Shown here: one piece after another, positions 58,642-64,000 of the stretch | Layout: each line of letters opens with the position of its first letter | Numbering within the stretch: the stretch's first letter is position 1 | Origin: Amoebophrya sp. A120 | Taxonomy: Eukaryota > Protista > Dinoflagellata | Direction of reading: 5' to 3' | DNA: 64,000 nucleotides | Assembly (NCBI GenBank): GCA_905178155.1 | Contig: CAJINV010000003.1 | Coordinates: 11,268,793-11,332,792 of the forward strand | The notes under the pieces: generated by a model | Database searches by the model: none | Seen by the model: the letters and a program-made list of their open reading frames with translations, nothing else | What the model was told of the DNA's origin: nothing | Program-made: the position numbers and the translations under genes

Positions 58642-61600
58642 AAGGAAAACATGAAGAACTCACCAAGGCGGGATGAAGAGAGAATGTTGCGGTTGCCTTT
58701 GCCAATGCGACTAAGCACTACAGAAGTGCTACCCTGTTGTCCAACTTACACTTCTACCGACTTCGAGGATCAGGCAACATATTTCAATTTTATCATCGCC
58801 GTCCCTGCAGTTCAGTTCTTGGTGAATGGTTCTCTCAGTGCCCATTTGATAGTTGTGCTAGAGCTAGTGAGAACTCTAGTCAAGCTTGAGGGACGAGACG
58901 TCAACAATAAAATTAATGCTACCGCAGACGGCCTGCATCTCATGGCGATTTTTAAATGCTCGAAAACTTCACCTATTCACCAAAAAAAGCGCACGCACAT
59001 CACACGCACGCAATTTATTTTTCAACCTTTATGTTTATGGTGCACACCACAGACAGACGTATAAATAAGAATATCAAAAATATGACCCAGCAATGTAATC
59101 AGCGAAATGAACGCGCGCAGCCGCAGCGCTTTGCTTTCATTAAAGCTGCTGGCTTCAGGCCAGGAAGCTTACGCCGTCGGAGCAGCTACCTTTTATTTCC
59201 ACCGATGCATGTACATTGGTTTTGATCGAACAGAAATCTGTAAATGCACACAACGAAACACATTCGAGCATAGCACAGGACACCCATGAGCATCTTTCTA
59301 TGCCCAAAGAAAAAACGGAACGCCGCACTCTACGTATGCCCGGCAAGCACTGTGGCTTTTCACCACTCCAACTGATTGTGATTGCATCGCCACGAGGTTG
59401 CTCTTGTCACAGTGTTAGTTGTTTTCGTTCTGTGCGAGGGATGAGCCGAACATTTTCTTGCAACTCTAATTCTGTTTCTCGGCCATAGTTTCGGTAGATG
59501 ACGGCGACTTTGTCTACAAACGAGGGATTCGGATCTGGATTGTGCTCGAACGAGATGCAACTCCTGTGTGGATCATCAAGAGCGTGAGAAATCTGTGATA
59601 GTTGGGGCGTGAGCAAACCCGATGATTTTCATGGCTGTTCTTTTTTGACCTAGGGCGACTGTGTTTCAAAAAATGTAAATCTCGATCGGTCGGCACATGC
59701 TGAAGTTAAAGTGGTCACATCGGAAACACAAATCTGTAATGCAAATTTCGAAGAACCCACAGCAAAAAATCGGAATAGAACTTTTTCACAAATCGTAGAT
59801 GAGAATGCAACTCGAAGAAATCGGCTCGTAGCAAAGGAAAAAGAGGATGTCGGTCTCTCGTATGAAGTCGATCGTGCAAAAATGAAGTCGTGCAGTGCTA
59901 CCAAGTGTCGTTTTTTATAGGGTTTAAAGTGCGTTTTCAAATATTTAGCTCTTTGAAATTATCACACAACTGTCTCCCAGGGTCATGCCGTGCGCTTAAA
60001 GAATTCACGGTAGGCACGGTTAGACTTTACTACTCGAGCCCGTTTGTTAACAGCTCTCGAGTACATGACCCAAAAAACTGCATGACAGATTGAAAAAGAC
60101 GGCGATGATGATTTAGAAATTTGGAAAAAGAAGAAAAACCAAAAACAAAACAACAACACGCGATGGGTATTCGAGTTTGAAAGAGATTTGCTTTGGTTTG
60201 AATTTTGTGCTCTACCCTTTGTACATGACCAGTAGACAGAGCAAAGGTAAGACTCTCGAGAAATATTTTTGTTTCTTTCTTTTCTTTTCTTTTTCCTTTC
60301 GCTACCTAAAGTGTATCCTGTATTTCAATGGCGATTTGCACGCTAACAACATATCCACAGAGCGCGTTGCTGATTAGGTTGGGGGCGCGGCGGGGGTTTG
60401 CGACTTCGTCGCGCTGCACTTTCGCCCGGTAGTTGATCAACAGACACGCCAAAAGTGCATTTGCGAACTCAGGCGCTTTCGTTCTTGCACCCGCCACGAA
60501 GTACAGAAAAGCAAAACAGATACGCCGGACGCAAGAGATTTCCCGTAAGGTTCTCACTCGCCAAGATCTTAACTGCACCCCTGAAGGCCCCAGATTGATG
60601 CTATAAGCGGGCGGACCATCGCGCATCGGCTCCCGCGAAGGGGAAACATTCGCGCAATTTGTTGGGGAATTTTCTGCGCAATTCTCGGAAACCGAAAAAG
60701 AACCAAAGCGCGGGGCGTTTTGCCGGGAATTCGAAAGGTTCGCCAAGAAAGAAGGGCGCGAGCTTGTGGGTCAATTCGGGCGCTGGGGATTTTTCGGGAA
60801 TTCGGGCGGTCGCGCCTCTTTTGCTTAAAGGTCTCCCGCCCGTGCGCTTTTGGTATTCACCCGCCCGGAGGGCCCATTGCGCAAAGACCGCGCTTCGTAT
60901 GCCTCGCCCACTTAATTGCAGGCGTGCAACCTGGGCAAGGCCAAGGGCCCGGGCTTCGGAAAACCTTGCGCATGGAATCCCACAAAAGTCGCGCGCGGCA
61001 CCCCGCATGCAAAAGCTTTGCGCGAAAATTGCACAGAAGGGCCCAAGCTGGCGCAGGCGCCCCCGGGTCGGTCGAGTCATGTCGCCCATATCGGGCGCGT
61101 GGCCTTGTTCTCGTCGTTTGTTTGACTGGCCTGTGGGGCGGGTCCGCGGCTCCCAATTCTCCCAGTGAGCGCGCCGCCAAGGGGTTGCGCGCCCGCGGCG
61201 TATCTATGCAGCCGGAGCGCGGGCCCGGGCGTTGTTCCGGCGGGTGCGCGGATAGAGCCACGGAAGCAGGGCGCGCCGCTTTTGAAAATTGCACGCGCTA
61301 GCTTTATTGCGCCACCGATTTAGCGCGTTGCTCACTTAGGCGCGCTGTGCCAGCCTACGGCCCCGCTGGCCTGAGCAGGATCGCGCGCACCGACAAGATG
61401 GCTGCCCGCTGCATAGTGGTAGCCTTTCCGATAGATTGGTCGAAATTGAGCAGCGCAATGCTATTGGCGAGATTTGTCACGTTTGTAATTGTAGAGGATG
61501 ACGCAGGCCAATGAATTCTTCGATAGTTTGAGTTTCTGATGTATGTTTTCTACCTCGTCGCAGGCCCTAGAGTGTGCGTTGCACCGAGGAAAATGATGCT

Positions 61601-62663
61601 GGTTCTGTGAAGTCGTGTTCTTGCTTGGAAAATCTTGGATCGGTCACGCGATCTATCTTCATGTCCGATTTCTCACATCTGTCTGTGTTGTCAGTGTCTT
61701 TGCGTGATTTCGCGGATTTTGCCGGGAAGCGAAATACCCCGCCGGCCAGAATCTTTCTCTGTCCTAGAAAAAAGCGAACGCGTCTCATTGTGTGTGGAAG
61801 TTTTGCGCCGACGCTTTTGCTTTTAGTTGCGTCAGGGATTGAAACACCGAGAATTTTTGTTTTGTTTTCGATTTCGAATACAGATTCAAATTCATAACAC
61901 CAGAGCGTGTGGTGTCAATTGTTTCTTTGTTTTAAAAAATATAAGAAAACCCATCCTGATCGAATCTCTTTAAATGTAAATGAAATAAATATATCTCAAT
62001 CTAGAATGAGAAGAAATATTTTAATGATGTCCGGATATGGAAAGAAAGAAAGAAATACATATCTCCATCTTGAATCTGATGATCGGAAGATCCATCATTC
62101 TCTTGATCATCCATGAATTCTCATAAATGTGTGATATCAATCATATTTATCTGGATAATCGAAAGAGAATGAATATGATGGTGTCATCCAATAATGATGG
62201 ATATGGATAGAAAGAAAGAAAGGACTCCTGTGAAGGCCGTCGCCTGAGGAGATCTCCCGGTCGTCGACCAGATCGAGGCCCAGTGGCCGAAAAAATAAAA
62301 AATCTATGGCGTTCATGAAAAAAATTGAATCCCTTGGCTTCCATTTTTTTAAAATTTTGCCTCCGGGGGGTTTGTGGCGAAGCTTTGGGCCCGTTCATGT
62401 TCCGGCGCCTTGTTGTGCCGGTGGGTGTCCGGTTCTTCGTTTTCGGGGCAGGTGCGTTGCGTGTTGCGCCATGTGGTGTGTGTCGATGGCGCCCACCACA
62501 TGGGGCAAGGCGCTGCAGACCGCGAGAAGATGTCTTGGCGATTGTCTTCACCAAGAGAGGTTGTCCTGGTTGATCCATGACAGCCTCTCCGTTTGGTCGT
62601 TCTGCAGCGCAGGTTGCCGAGTCCAACGCGGACCCTTTGCAACGTGTGGCGCAACGGTTTTGC

Positions 62664-62750
62664 AAAAAAATCAGAAAAAAGCCGAAAAAAAATCAGAAAA
62701 AAGCCGAAAAAAAAGCAGAAAAAAATCAGAAAAAAGTCAGAAAAATCGGC
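62664..62750. repeat. A-rich 10-11-bp tandem repeat
   Basis: AAAAAA(TCAG/GCCG/GCAG), about 8 units. Confidence 0.85.
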
Positions 62751-63301
62751 GAGGGGAAAAAACCAAAGGGATTTCCCTAATACATGCAAAAGTGGCCACT
62801 TTTTATGATTGGAAACTGCTCAGAAACTGCTCAAAAACTGATTTTTTTTCGCCCAAAAACTGACTTTTTTTTGCCCATTAGCTTGTCCCTGGTCAGCCGG
62901 CGATCGTGGTTTCGTGGATGGGGCAGGGGGAGTGCCTTGTTGTGTGCCCTCATGGTGTTAGGTCTCGATGCCTCTCTTTCTTTGTTTTCCTCGAGAGTGC
63001 CTCGGGCCAGGGGGCGGGACTGCGCCTGATTTCTCTTGTCAGGCAGACAGGCCCGGGCGAAGTCCCGCCCTAATTGCAGACTAAAAACTTGCTAAATTGA
63101 ACCGGCGCCCGGGCCCCGGCAGGCTTTGGGGTTTTCCGTGTTTTCAAGGCCCAGCGCAGCCGCGCAGCCGGCTCTTCTCTGGGTTTCCAGCTTTGGGGGC
63201 TTGGCCGCATTTTCGGCGGCCTTCCGGACGGTGGGTATGTCGCCCGTCTTGCGCGTATTTTGCGGCACGGGCCTGCCGGTTTGTCTCTCTGGGGTCCGGC
63301 T

Positions 63302-63838
63302 CGGAAATTCCGGCCTTCGGCAGGGTAGGGTTCCGGAGTCCGCTAAATTAGTCCGCTAATCGGGTCGCAAATTTTCAGAAAAGTGCCCAGAACGCAGTTG
63401 CTAATTTGCATTTCTAATAGTCAGCTAAAATTTTGGGCCTTTTCCGGAAGGGGTCTGCTAACCCCACTCCTAATAGTCATCTAATTGGTTCGGGCGTTGT
63501 GTTTTGGGTCTGCTAACCTGGAGCTAATTGCGCAAGGCAAGAAAACCCAATGGGATTTCCCTGTTGTTCGAGCAGGGTGTGAACAGCAGGGAAATCGCAT
63601 TGGTTTTTGGCTTTGCTGACAAATTAGCAGACGCATTCGCGCCCCGGGGGGGGCTTAATTAGTAGACAAATTAGCGGACGCATTAGCAGACACCAAAAAA
63701 AATTAGCACCCAACTAAAGACCCAATTAGCAGGGGCTTTCTTGGAATCGTCTGTGGCGTTTAGCAGACTCCCGCGAGGGGGTCGGGGGGGTAAAATTAGC
63801 AGACAAATTAGCACGGTTATCTCCGAGGTTGGTTTCCG
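63302..63838. mobile_element. Foldback/MITE-like palindromic element
   Basis: Left half is rich in GCTAA(T), right half in (A)TTAGC; central hairpin CCAATGGGATTTCCCTGTTGTTC / GAACAGCAGGGAAATCGCATTGG (63547-63603). Confidence 0.65.
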
Positions 63839-64000
63839 TGCGGACATATTTGGGCTACCTTGGCCGGGCGCTTGGGCGCTCGTATTTGTTCGCGAGAACC
63901 GGCCTCCGGTAGTCGTCTGGCTTTGTTATCTGAATTGCGTTAGAGGGCAGGTCGTCGCGTCCTCCTTCGTCCTTGTTGGCAGGCTTCTTGTTGTTGTGCC

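Noticed and set aside
58651-59289. Continuation of the TFIIS-N gene through ORFs 58651 and 59107
   Set aside because: They follow an acidic tail and TGA and have no recognisable domain; they could be UTR or the shadow of a convergent gene that I could not resolve.
1360-59300. Stop-codon reassignment (TAA/TAG=Gln, TGA=Trp), as reported for Amoebophrya sp. ex Karlodinium veneficum, suggested by same-frame ORF chains such as FLHEIR*SLEEE and ADAAAQ*IAANL
   Set aside because: The 1470-codon gene contains no in-frame stop. The best cases coincide with splice sites (G|TAA at 1733, G|TAG at 28257, C-TAG acceptor at 28905) or lie inside inverted-repeat introns (58095-58307). Not formally excluded; cDNA would settle it.

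Overview
This is eukaryotic nuclear DNA, most likely from a syndinean dinoflagellate parasite (Amoebophrya-like). That assignment is inferred from the intron architecture and protein style, not from a marker gene. The window is gene-dense, but the genes are hidden from a simple ORF track because nearly every intron I could resolve is bounded by inverted repeats and looks transposon-derived, usually without GT-AG ends. Removing each element plus one copy of its flanking direct repeat by hand rebuilds (i) a 9-exon, ~1470-aa secreted His-rich protein gene (4132..23192, +), (ii) parts of a Ppx/GppA-family (ASKHA) gene, apparently followed by BRCT-like repeats (~30123..42250, +), and (iii) parts of a large gene ending in a TFIIS N-terminal domain (42435..58641, +). 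Two fragmentary minus-strand genes are also present. Other features: about 20 TAT...ATA elements with 5-bp target duplications and a shared GCATGACAA motif; six copies of a ~730-bp Helentron/HINE-like element; multi-layer nested elements, one carrying a decayed intron-containing gene fragment; and two copies of a ~150-bp insert flanked by telomere-like repeats and 21-23-bp direct repeats. I recognised no intact transposase, RNA gene or CRISPR array. All coordinates were read by hand and splice junctions can slide within the direct repeats.
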